Source: Heptranchias perlo (taxonomy: Eukaryota). From it: 64,000 nt of DNA. Positions within the stretch are counted from its first letter, which is position 1; each line of letters opens with the position of its first letter. The notes below the pieces were generated by a model, which did not search any database, was not told the DNA's origin, and worked only from the letters and a program-made list of their open reading frames with translations. The translations under genes and the position numbers were made by a program. Below, piece by piece: positions 52,949-64,000 of this stretch. The stretch covers positions 41,106,001 through 41,170,000 of the forward strand of contig NC_090348.1 of NCBI RefSeq assembly GCF_035084215.1, written 5' to 3'.

Positions 52949-53199
52949 TTTTAAAGGCAGTTTTAAAAATTGTTAGGAAGATATAAGACCCATAAAATCC
53001 TCAATTTCATTTGCCCTTTTCCGACAGGTTATGAAGCGCCACCAGACTCAAGACCAATGTAAATAAATGCAGGAATTGACGCTTTATAAAGAATGAATTA
53101 AAAAGGAAAAAAGACACTACAGTCAAAAGTCCCATCCAGCCCACAACAATAGTTAACCTCACTGAAAAATTACTCATTTTTGTCGGGGGGGGGGGGGGG

Positions 53200-56100
53200 G
53201 AAATAAATCCCCCCCCTCGTTCCCTCAACTATTCTACTGTTATCGACATGAAATGTGACGGTGTATTTGCGACAGTAGCGAGTATTAATCCCTCGCTGCG
53301 AGGAGGATTATTAACTTAACCCCCACCCCCGGGCTCTTTCCTGTGCTAGATAAATATATATAATCTTTTTTAAAACCGGGAAAGTTGACTTCACTGGAAA
53401 TTCCCAGGTGCCGCCCAGTCACTTGTGTCATTCCCTGTAATGTGATGCAGTCACAGAAAGTGACGAGAATACATCAGGATCATTACGGGAAAGAGTGAGG
53501 ATGAGTCAAAAAAAAAATTGCCCCGACCCACCTCTCCCATCACCAAATTCCCCAGAAAGGGGCAACTAACGGGAACGCGCTTTCCCCCCCCGGGGGGCTA
53601 CCAAGCAATAAACTCTTATTTTTTTTGCGCGTTAACGCCGTCTCATAAATGCAAGTGCACTGCCTGCAGTAACTTGTTGCAATAAGATAGATACTGAGCC
53701 TCGACACTTGTCCTGAAGTGTTTTTTTTTAAATCATCTTTTTCTTAAAAAGTAGCGTGCACGCGCTTCCGCCGCGCGTGTCCGCCTCCCCTTCCTCGGGA
53801 ACGGGGCTGGTTGTAAACAAATCCCATGAGCAATTTTTTTTTTGAGCAACGGGAATTTTTAAAGAAAAATCACAAAAACTAATTGAGGATAGGGAGGGGA
53901 ATCGAACATTTTTTAAAGAAAACAACCAGAAGCAATCAAATTGGACTTAACCAACAAAAAACTTGCATTTACATATTTAAAGTCGACAACAGCTTTAAAA
54001 TTTAAATATAATACTTATTCTAAAAAAGGCAAATTCAGAATGATCTGGGGTTTAACAGCTGCTACATTTTAGTTACAACGCAAAAAGTTAGATAGGATTA
54101 ATGCAACATTGTACACCAATGTTACCCTATAAATAACTTATTAATTAGCCTGTTTTATTTTTTTAAAGTTACCTGCTCTGAGTGTTTTACCTGTATTCCC
54201 TCGGGGTTGCCTTTTACTGTAATGCACTTCCAAGAAAACGCCATAGGATGTTATGAAGAAATAAGTAATACGTTGCTGCGTCACAGGGAGATGGAAACAC
54301 AAGTCACATCCGACAGGAGCAGAGAGAGGAAAAAGCGCTCTCCAGAAGTTGGTTACTTTACAGAGACATTACCTTCAATGCAATATTATAAAGAGGTGAC
54401 AAGCAAAATGCTACATTGATAGGTTTTAAAAAGGCATTTTTCTTGCAGCTCTTGAAGGGGAAAAAGAAATCCTCCTTAAAATCTCTCGCAAACGCAGCAG
54501 CATCATCCTCCTATCTGAGCGCGTGCACGAGAGAGAGAGGCGGGGGCGCGCGTCTGCAGTTGCGCATCATTCGAGAGCGCGCTCCCGCCACTGTTTATTC
54601 CCCCTCCTCCTCCTCCTTCCCGCTGCTTCTACTGTTGCATATTAAAACAAAAATTCATCTTGCATTTAGGGTTGTAATTGCAAAAAAAAATAAAATTGGT
54701 TGTGCAGGATTGAACGTGCACGAAAAAAAAACTAAACATCGTCACAAGCGCGTGCCCGTGCGCGCTCCCGCAAGCCTCCAACGCGCGTCAGGTGCTGCTC
54801 AATGTACCTTGTCTGACCATCGTGACGTCTTTATTATTTCTGTTTACATCCTGTTCTATGGATGTCAGGAAGGGTGGGGAAGGTAAATATACATTTAATG
54901 CAAGTTAGTTAATACAAAAAAAGAGAGAGAGAGAGAGACACTAAAGAGAAGTTACTAACTTAATGAATATCAGAAGGAATTAATAACAAACAAAACAAAA
55001 AAATTTGGAAGGGGGGGGGGGGAAAGAGGCAGGGGAGGGGAATTGGGCTAATTCTTGTATTTGGTATCTGGACCATGTCAACACAGCGTCAGCAGCATGT
55101 TTACCTCAACTCTGAATTTTATCTGCGCAACATTAGCTGGAATGCGGACATGAAGTTAAACACACACACTAACAGCAGCCATGTGGCAATGAACCAGCTT
55201 TTAGGAACAAAACATGACACAATATAGATTTAAATATATATTTTCTCTATCATTCCAAGAAGAAAAACAGAAGAGAGAGAGAGTTGTAATTAATTAACAT
55301 CACTCTGTCCTTCATTTGTTTCTATCTATCCAGAAGAGGATGACCCGGCGTTTTTAAAATTACAACACTGACCTAGACTCAGAACCGATAAGGATACATT
55401 TTATTTTCTATTAAAAGTAAGGCTGAATTTTAAAACCGGTTGTTTCATTGCTATTAAAAACAAAATCACTTACGTTTCGAGGTGTTCAGTTCTGCGACCT
55501 TTCGACCTTTTTTTTCCCTTCCCCTCAAATGCAGATTTAAATTTTAAAAAAATTCTCCCTGACAAGCCACGTCCTTCATTATGTGCAGATTGGGTAATTT
55601 TTTTTTGGAAAAAAAAATTAATATTGACATCGGGTTAAGCATTGCTGCGGAGGAGCATGGTGAACCATCCAGCCCACACAGACTTTGTAGATGTGAAAAT
55701 AAACAAAACAGGAGGAGGACTTTTAGTGCACACTGTGAAAGTAACTGAGCCTCCAAGCTCTTGGTGTGGGCAGTTTGCAGTGAATTGCGTCGCTTCAACG
55801 TGTTTCTACCCCACGGGGAGGAGGGGGGGGGGTGTTTTTTTTTTGTTGCTTGTGTTGTTTCGTAACTCGATTATATCATGTCCATCATCATGTGACATAC
55901 TGAGGCCTCGATGGAAACTTAGGGGGGAAGGAGCCACGTGATAGAGCTGCAATCCCATCATCACAACACTCTGCTCGGCTATAAAAGCAAGATTGTTTCT
56001 TCGCTGGATCATAGCGTTTTATTTTTTTTTGTGTGTGTGTGATCAGCGCCAAAGCAATTAACCTATTCTCGTCCGACAGAATAACAGTTGCACTGGAAGC

Positions 56101-56400
56101 CGAGCATGTCTGCCCCGTGCACCGCGGAGGAAGTTTATGTGTTTTATTTGTTTTTCAATGTAAAGTGTCTCGCTAGCGTTTTTAAGTGGTGCTGTTTTTT
56201 TTAAGCGAGGGAGCATTTACCTTAAAGGGGGACTGACACGCACTGTATTATACACACACGCGTGCATATATATTCAGCGCCTGTTGAGAAGTTGCCCTCC
56301 AAGTGTCCTGCGGTGATCGCTTGTTAACTTAGTCCTGAGTGCCAAGTTATTTAAAACAAAATGAAATCGGACCTCACGCAGCGTTAAAAAAAAATCAAAT
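53200..56400. promoter_or_regulatory. CpG-enriched promoter-like region with no recognisable transposons
   Basis: Dense CG/GCGC runs (53575-53805, 54485-54830) in a CpG-depleted background; GC-box-like GGCGGGGGCG, TGACGT (54823) and several TGTTTAC sites; no recognisable repeats ~52160-57500 apart from simple repeats. Confidence 0.65.
54173..54520 (-). other. Putative first (non-coding) exon of an unidentified minus-strand gene
   Basis: Two minus-strand donors, CAG|GTAAAA (exon end 54191) and CAG|GTAACT (54173), lie just downstream of the CpG core. The start site is a guess. Confidence 0.4.
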
Positions 56401-57509
56401 AACAATTATCCCATCGCAACAGCATCAACAAACAACAGGTTTGTTTACTGCCAGTGATACATAAATTGGAAAACAATATAATTTTCTTAAAAGTCTCTCC
56501 AGAGATAAGACAAATATAGCACCGGATGTTATTTAAATAACACATGGTGTTAGATGTAACAATACCAAACAGATCAAAACAACAGACGTTAAATACCACT
56601 GAGTCATAAAAGAAAAATACGCCAATAAAGCGTCAACTGACTTGTTGCCCAGAGGAAGAATATCACGTGTGATTCAATGTGCCTGTCAGTTAAACACTGT
56701 TCTGATAAAGCTGAATAACAACAACAAAAGTCAGGACCTTCCAGTAATTTCCGAGACATGCTGTATAACACCTCAAGTGAAAGAGAAAGGTTGTGCAGGG
56801 CACGGGGTTCGTTTAAATAGGAGACGGGGAGGTAAAGGAGATGAGACCTTTCAGAGATATATTTGTCCATCTATAATACTGGTTAAATTGCCATGTTGTT
56901 GCACAAAGGGTGAAGTGGGGGATAATTGGTCTGGAGCATACAGTGCTTATTTTTATATAATGCTTTGATTTTATATTATCATTATCCATAATTAAATAGC
57001 AGCACTTACAGCAAATTTGGGAAGCAGAGTGGAATTGGCTGGAGCAGAAGCGTTTCTCTGCAGCTCAGGCTATGGAACTGGGAGATGCAAAAACCGAGGT
57101 GCTACAGGGCCACCACTGGCAGGAGGGTGTAATTACAGCATGACAAATTACATAGGCAATTCCCATCATAAATGTGGACACTGGAACTTATAATGCAGAA
57201 ATTGACACAGAAGTGTGACAAAGATGTATCAATAGGAAGCAAGGTTTTGTAGACAGAAAGTACATGCAGACATAAGATCTTAAATATGTTATAGATTTTA
57301 CAAGCTTTTTGTACAGCATGCACTTTCTATGTGTCACACTTGTAACACTTTCCCTGTTACACTTGCCCGCCTCACACTTTGATTGCATTCTTATTATAAA
57401 ACATTGCGTCTTCGGACTCACCATGAGCAACACCAGAGGAGATCTGCTAGTAAGATAATAAATAGTATGAAAAATATAAATCTAGAAAATTACATCAAAT
57501 TAACCCAAG

Positions 57510-57735
57510 ACTGTAGAACATAGGGGGTAAGACCACTAAAGGGCAAATTTAGAACTGATATCGGGGAGTTCTTCATGCAAAGTGTGCTCAACACATGGCC
57601 TTTCGGATAAAGATAGTGGAAGCAAAAATCCTGGAATCATTTAAGAAACAGAGGCTATGATGGGAGAACTATGCAGTCTTTCCAGATAGGTGAACTGAGA
57701 TGGACCCAATGGCTTTCCTCATCTGAGCCTATCTT
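57510..57735 (+). mobile_element. Old CR1 3' fragment
   Basis: GGGCAAATTTAGAACTGATATCGGGGAGTTCTTC...GATGGACCCAATGGCTTTCCTC. Confidence 0.6.
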
Positions 57736-57834
57736 GTGAACAGTAAAGATAAAGTTACAGTAGCAGTGTGCTGAGAGACTGTTTTCCCAGTGCTGTAAAC
57801 TAAGCCATTATTTAAAATGTTAATCACACGTTTA

Positions 57835-58090
<256 letters not shown>

Positions 58091-58759
58091 AAAGCTACTG
58101 CTGTGTGATTCAAAATTTCAAAAATATTTTTTGAAGATTAGTAAAGCAAAATACAGCATCAATTGAAACAACGATTTATATAGGATGAGTTTTCTCCACC
58201 ATTGTGTTTTATTTTGACTGTTTATATAAAAAATAAAGTGTCTGTAAAATAAACTTTTTCTTGTTTTCTTTTGAACAAGCATTCCAGAGATGTCTATTCA
58301 TGTAGTTGAAAAGCTACTGTTGTTATGAGTGACAGCTGCACACATTGTTACTGTAGTTTGTTACTCTTTGAGTTTACAACTAAAGTCTATATATTCATTT
58401 TTAGCCCAGCATTACTCAAAAATATCCTCCACAAAATAACAAATATTCAAATATATTAATCAGTATATATTAAGCTAATACATTCATTAAATATCACATT
58501 AAATATCAGAAGCCTTTAAAATCAATTCTAGTAGCCTTTTATAATTAAAATAACTAATTAATATGTAATCAGTTAAAATATATAAGATCTGTCTTTTGGA
58601 CCCTTTTTCTGAGGTTTTCACCCGTAGCTCTCAACATATTAAGTGTGGGCATGGGGGAGAATATACAGATGAATGTAGTTTGGAGGTGCAGCTGGGTTCC
58701 ATTGTCTTAAAAAAAATTCTGCCATTTTAACTCGTCTTCAATTTTCTTTGTCACGTTCA

Positions 58760-59140
58760 AGTCAGAAGGTTTGTGGGTTCAAACTTCAGGGTTTGAGCAT
58801 ATAACCTAGGCAGACATTCTGGTGCAGTACTGAGGGATTGTTAGAGAAGCCACCTTTTGGATGAGATGTAAACCAAGGCCCCATTAGTCTGTTTAGATGG
58901 GCAAAGAAGCTTCCATGGTACTATAGGGAGTTCTTGTGGTGCACTGGCCAACATTCTATTCTCAATCAATACCAACAAAAACAGATTAAATGGTTATTTC
59001 TTTGCTGTTTGTGGGACCTAGCAGTGCACAGGTTGGCTATCGTGTTTGGTTGCATTACAAGTGACAGCACTTCCAAAGTAAATTACTTGGCTATGAAAGA
59101 TGTGGGAAGTCCTGAGGACATAAAAGGTGCTTTATAAACG
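58760..59140 (+). mobile_element. DeuSINE-like SINE (SacSINE1/AmnSINE1 type), near complete
   Basis: B-box GTGGGTTCAAAC, Deu domain GCAGTACTGAGGGA...GGATGAGATGTAAACCAAGG, and L2-type tail AAAGGTGCTTTATAAA. Confidence 0.75.
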
Positions 59141-59544
59141 TATGGGTTTTTTTGTCTTTCTTCTTTAAAACTCCATGGAACTGGAACTATTTTTACTTCA
59201 TCAACATTAGAATGTGTAGTGTAGAATATGACTTTGAAAAACATACAATTTTATTTCCTAAAATCAAATCAAACCCAATACTAGTACATCCATTCAATAA
59301 CTGTCAGCAAAAACAGACACTGTGAAATGTTGACAAATTCCTTTAAAAGAGGAGCTGATAAACGTTTGGGGTTGAAGGTAACAAGGAAGAAGGCAGAGAT
59401 AGATAATCAAATATGCGATGGTTCCAGTTCTACTGGGAATATGGACATGTCAGTTGTGGTATGAGCTACAAACATAGAAGAGCACATCCATCGCACCAGT
59501 ATGACATTTTCCATTTCACACACAAGCTATCCTGTGGCTTCTTG

Positions 59545-59970
59545 GAGTGAGATTGACAATTTAATGCCAATTAGAGCAGTTTGGTGTTTTTTCCCCCACA
59601 GCCACCGCGAAATGGATTCAGACTGCCCAAAGTCATTTCATATTGTGTCATCGGATAAAGGAGATTTTCATCCCGCCAGGGATGAGAAAATTGGTACAAA
59701 TCTAAAATAAGCACAGTAAATACAGGAAATACAGAGCATCTGAATAGGGAAAAGATAGGTTAATGCATTGGGCGCACATTTTTCATCAGAGCTTCATCCA
59801 ATTCTTATGAATGACCTCCATCTGAAATATTATTTTTTCTTTTTTGATGTTGCCAGATCTGCTATGTTTTGCTAGCATTTTCTGTTACTTTATTTTATTA
59901 ATTAAGGCTGGAGTTCAACCCAAGTCTTGAAGTTGAAAGACCAGTGGCTAACTCAATGCACCACTTGTTC
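59545..59970 (-). mobile_element. LF-SINE-like element split by a fold-back insertion
   Basis: Minus-strand head GGTCTTTCAACTTCAAGACTTGGGTTGAACTCCAGCC (59906-59942) and body ATGAAATGACTTTGGGCAGTCTGAATCC...CTAATTGGCA (59550-59645). Confidence 0.5.
59695..59895. mobile_element. Degenerate fold-back (Penelope-like) repeat
   Basis: ACAGTAAATACAGGAAAT..GCATCTG on the left mirrors GATGTTGCC..CTAGCATTTTCTGT on the right; central TTCATCAG. Confidence 0.5.
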
Positions 59971-60023
59971 CTCCAACCATAATTATAAATATTGTGCACC
60001 TGGTTATACATAACAATTAATGA

Positions 60024-60992
60024 ATTAGGAGCTCACTACAGATTTGGCCCCTAAAGAGATGCCATCACGGAATACCCAGAATTCACTCTGAAGTTTAAAA
60101 TTCTTCATCACACCCTCTGCTCCAATCTTTGCTTCTTCTCACTTCCGTCTTTCTATTTCCCCAATTTCAATTCCAGACAAGTCTTTTACAGCACGCTTGG
60201 CTATAAAATCGGATATAGCTAACAAGCTGCCTAGATTTGGATCATTTTTCAATGGGTTGTTTGGGAGTGTTAGAAACTCATAAATTGCAGCCAAAAGTCT
60301 GTCTTTTAAACTGAAGTCTTGTTTTTCCCACTTCAATTCTGCATCTTAATGAACTGGAGCTATGGTTTTTCATTTAGTTATAGTTCGTAATGATTTTCTT
60401 TCATCATCAACAAAGCAAACAGAACTCAAGCTTTGATTCCAATCCCTGTTCTGCTCCCTGTCCAGTTCTGGAATTGGCCAAAGAATAACACGTGGTGACT
60501 CCTTTGGATGTGATGACAGTATCAGGAGAAACTTCTTTACCCAAAGAGTGGTAAGAATGTAGAACTCGCTACCACAAGGAATAGTTGAGGCAAATAGCAT
60601 AGATGCATCTAAGGGGAAACTAGATAAACACATGAGGGAGAAAGGAAAAGAAGGATATGCTGATAGGGTTCGATGAAAAGCGGTGGGAGGAGGCTCGTGT
60701 GGAGCATAGACCAGTTGGGCTGAATGGCCTCTTTCTGTGCTGTCGACTTGATGTAACTATGTAACTCTATGTATCATCATGTCAAAGATCATTTGAGTGG
60801 TACAAATCATATGTTTAATAAAATGAAGATCGTAATGTAAAAATACTGAAAAGATTTTATCATTGAGGAGTGGTTTCGCTCAGTGTCGACTTTCCCCAGT
60901 GGCCAACATGCCACCGTTCCAGTGGAGATTTTCAAGGCTTCGTTGCTATTTCAGGAACTTCCTAGGGGCCAAATCTGTAGTGAGCTCCTAAT
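60024..60992. repeat. Perfect 30-bp inverted repeats (60024-60053 and 60963-60992)
   Basis: ATTAGGAGCTCACTACAGATTTGGCCCCTA and its exact reverse complement TAGGGGCCAAATCTGTAGTGAGCTCCTAAT. Confidence 0.9.
60522..60773 (+). mobile_element. CR1 3' end (same subfamily as 31540-32266)
   Basis: GTTGAGGCAAATAGCATAGATGCAT..AAGGGGAAACTAGATAAACACATGAGGGAG is shared with 32071-32128. Confidence 0.87.
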
Positions 60993-61365
60993 GAACAGCA
61001 ACAGAGCTTTCAGGTTATCATCATGCTCCTTCCCTGCCTCCAACACTAGCAGTTCCTTTTGCATATCTACTTGACAACCTGCCCCCCTCTTCAACCTGCA
61101 ATGTGATTTCCCAAACTCCTGTCCTTAAGTTCAAACTTTAGTAACAATCTACCTTACGCTGTCAGTTCAGAAATAGGCCACAATGAGTCCAGCTCCAATA
61201 GATTCCCACGAGTCCCATTTGCTGCCATCCAAGAGATGATAAAAGTAAATGGAAGTCAGGCACTGCGACTTAAATTCCCCACTGGAACTGCACACATTGT
61301 ACATGACTACTTTACAAAACCCCACAGTAGTATCAATCAACCGCATGCAAGGCAATGCTTGCAGT

Positions 61366-61680
61366 CCAGAACAAGGGGTCATAATCTTAAAATTAGAGCT
61401 AGGCCATTCAGGGGTGAAGTTAGAAAGCATTTCTTCACACAAAGGGGAGTGGAAATCTGGAACTCTCACTCCCAAAAAGCTGTTGAGGCTGGGGGTCAAT
61501 TGAAAATGTCAAAACTGAGACTAATAGGTTTTTATTAGACAAGGGTATTAAGGGATACGGAACCAAGGCGGATAGATGGAGTTAAGATACAGATCAGCCA
61601 TAATCTAATTGAATGGCGAAACAGGCTCGAGCGGCTGAATGGCCTACTCCTGTTCCTATGTTCCTTGGTTCCTATGTTCT
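61366..61680 (+). mobile_element. CR1 3' end
   Basis: SRTRGHNLKIRARPFRGEVRKHFFTQR; (TTCCTATG)-type tail. Confidence 0.88.
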
Positions 61681-61712
61681 TATATTTATACAAGGCATTG
61701 CCCCTTTAAAAT

Positions 61713-62557
61713 ACATAGGAACATAGGAACGTAGGTACAGGAGCAGGCCACTCGAGCCTGTTCTGCCCTTCATTGAGATCATGGTTGATCTGTATCCTAA
61801 CTCCATCCACCCGCCTTGGCTCCATACCCCTTAATACACTTGGCTAGCAAAAATCTAGCGATCTTATATTTGAAATTATTAATTGAACCAGCATCTATTG
61901 CTTTTTGTGGGTGAGAGTTCCATGCTTCTACCACCCTTTGCGTGAAGAAATGTTGACTAACTTCCCTCCCAAATGGTCTGGCTCTGATTTTAAGATTATG
62001 TCCCCTTGTCCTAGACTCCCCCACCAGCGGAAAAAGTTTCTCTCTATCCACAATATCTATTCCTTTCAAAATCCTAAAAACCTCAATCAAATCACCCCTT
62101 AACCGTCCATGGGAATACAAACCTAGTTTATGTAACCACTGCTCATAAATTAACCCTTGGAGCCCTGGTACATTCTGGTGATTCTGTGCTGCACTCCTTC
62201 CAAGGCCAATATATCCTTTCTAAGGTGCAGTGCCTAGAACTGTACACAGTACTCCAGATGTGGTTTAACCATACATATAAAACCATGTATAGTTGTAGCA
62301 AAACTTTTTCCCTTTTATATTCTAGCCCTCTACTTATAAAGGCTAACAATCCATTAGCCTTTCTGATTATTTTTTGTACCTGACTACGACATTTTAGTGA
62401 TCTGTGTACATGAACCCCTAAATCTCTTTGGACCTCCACAGTTCCTAGCTTTTCACCATTTAAAAAACACTTGAATCTATCCTTTTTTGGTCCAAAATAG
62501 ATGACCTCACACTTACTTGCGTTGAAATCCATCTGCCACAGTTTTGCACTTTCACTT
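61713..62557 (-). mobile_element. CR1 3' fragment, frameshifted
   Basis: ORFs 62143..62565 (WQMDFNASKCEV, QRDLGVHV) and 61797..62120 (RLRGDLIEVF); tail ACATAGGAACATAGGAAC. Confidence 0.9.
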
Positions 62558-64000
62558 AGAATCATAGAAAGGTTACAGCACGGAAGGAGGCCATTCGGCC
62601 CATCGAGTTCGTGCCAACTCCGTGCGAGAGCAATCCAGCTAGTCCTACTCCCCCGCCCTATCCCCGTAGCCCTGCAAATTTTTTCCTTTCAAGTACTTAT
62701 CCAGTTCCCTTTTGAAAGCCATGATTGCATCTGCCTCCATCACCCCTCTGGCAGTGCATTCCAGATCCTAACCACTCACTGTGTAAAAAAAGTTTTTCCT
62801 CATCTCACCTTTGGTTCTTTTGCCAATCACCTTAAATCTATGTCCTCTGGTTTTTGACCCTTCCGCCAATGAGAACAGTTTCTCTCTATCTATTCTGTCT
62901 AGACCCTTCATGATTTTAAATACCTCTATCAAATCTCCTCTCAACCTTCTCTGTTCCAAGGAGAACAACTCCAGCCTCTCCAGTCTATCCACGTAACTAA
63001 AGTCCCTCATCCCTGGAATCATTCTAGTAAATCTCCTCTGGACCATCTCTAAGGCCTTCAAATCTTTCCTAAAGTGCAGTGCCCAGAACTGGACACAATA
63101 CTCCAGTTGTGGTCGAACCAGTGTTTTATAAAGGTTCATCATGACTTCCTTGCTTTTGTACTCTATGCCTCTATTTATAAAGCCCAGGATCCCGTATGCT
63201 TTTTTAACCACTTTCTCAACCTGCCCCGCCACTTTCAAAGATTTGTACATATATACCCCCAGATCTCTTTGTTCCTGTACCCCTTTTGAAATTGTGCCCT
63301 CTAGTTTATATTGCCTCTCCTCGTTCTTCCTACCGAAATGTATCACCTCACAATTTTCTGCGTTAAATTTCATCTGCCACGTGTCTGCCCATGCCACCAG
63401 CCTGTTTATGTCTTCTTGAAGTCTTTCACTATTCTCCTCGCTGTTCACTACACTTCCAAGTTTTGTGCCATCTGCAAATTTGGAAATTGTGCCCTGTACA
63501 CCCAAGTCTAAGTCATTAATATATATCAAGAAAAGCAGTGGTCCTAGTACCGACCCCTGGTGAACTGTACACCTCCCTCCAATCTGAAAAACAACCATTC
63601 ACCACTACTCTCTGCTTCCTGTTACTTAGCCAATTTTGTATCCATGCTGCTACTGCACCCTTTATTCCACGGGCTTCAATCTTGATGACAAGCCTATTAT
63701 GTGGCACTTTATCAAACGCCTTTTGAAAGTCCATATACACCACATCAACCGCATTACTCTCATCAACCCCTCTGTTATCTCATCAAAAAGCTCTATCTAG
63801 TTAAACATGATTTGCCTTTAACAAATCCGTGCTGGCTTTCCCTAATCAATCCACACTTGTCCAAATGACTGCTAATTCTGTCCCGGATTATCGTTTCTAA
63901 AAGTTTACCCACCACTGAGATTAAACTGACTGGCCTGTAGTTGCTGGGTTTATCCTTACACCCTTTTTTGAACAAGGGTGTAACATTTGCAATTCTCCAG
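62558..64000 (-). mobile_element. CR1 LINE RT region, frameshifted pseudogene, continues beyond window
   Basis: ORFs 63793..63975, 63516..63743 and 62768..63598 give successive RT motifs in different frames. Catalytic FADD is changed to FADG. Tail TAGAATCATAGA. Confidence 0.95.

Noticed and set aside
54838-54872. ACATCC...GGATGT hairpin reminiscent of miR-30
   Set aside because: The stem is only ~6 bp and the miR-30 seed GTAAACA is absent on that arm.
54416-54886. 156-aa ORF over the CpG core
   Set aside because: Non-ATG start, and composition reflects GC-rich and poly-A promoter sequence.
6025-56610. Scattered AP-1/CRE motifs (TGACTCA, TGAGTCA, TGACGTCA)
   Set aside because: The number seen is about what chance gives for 7-mers in 64 kb of AT-rich DNA.
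60916-61288. Short imperfect inverted matches (GTTCCAGTGG/CCACTGGAAC)
   Set aside because: Only 10-14 bp with inconsistent spacing; could be chance or a very old MITE.

Overview
This is eukaryotic, repeat-rich, non-coding DNA. It is most likely from a cartilaginous fish (inferred from its CR1 and L2 LINEs, DeuSINE-like and LF-SINE-like SINEs, and Penelope-like fold-back elements). I could not confidently identify any cellular protein-coding exon. The only long intact ORFs are reverse-transcriptase (RT) regions of two young, ~98% identical, 5'-truncated CR1 copies (23017-24486 and 44432-45168). A CpG-enriched stretch at ~53.2-56.4 kb, inside a ~5 kb gap with no recognisable transposons, looks like the promoter and first exon of an unidentified minus-strand gene; most of 1-54 kb would then be intronic. 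Three structures are not explained by the recognised repeats: a perfect 73-bp-arm palindrome bounded by TTAA (11528-11682), a perfect 30-bp inverted repeat pair enclosing ~0.9 kb (60024-60992), and a 48-bp direct repeat 1125 bp apart (49113 and 50238). I saw no CRISPR array, rRNA or tRNA gene, and I cannot claim a new multi-gene system. Boundaries of degraded repeats are approximate, and family names come from recalled consensus motifs rather than a database search.
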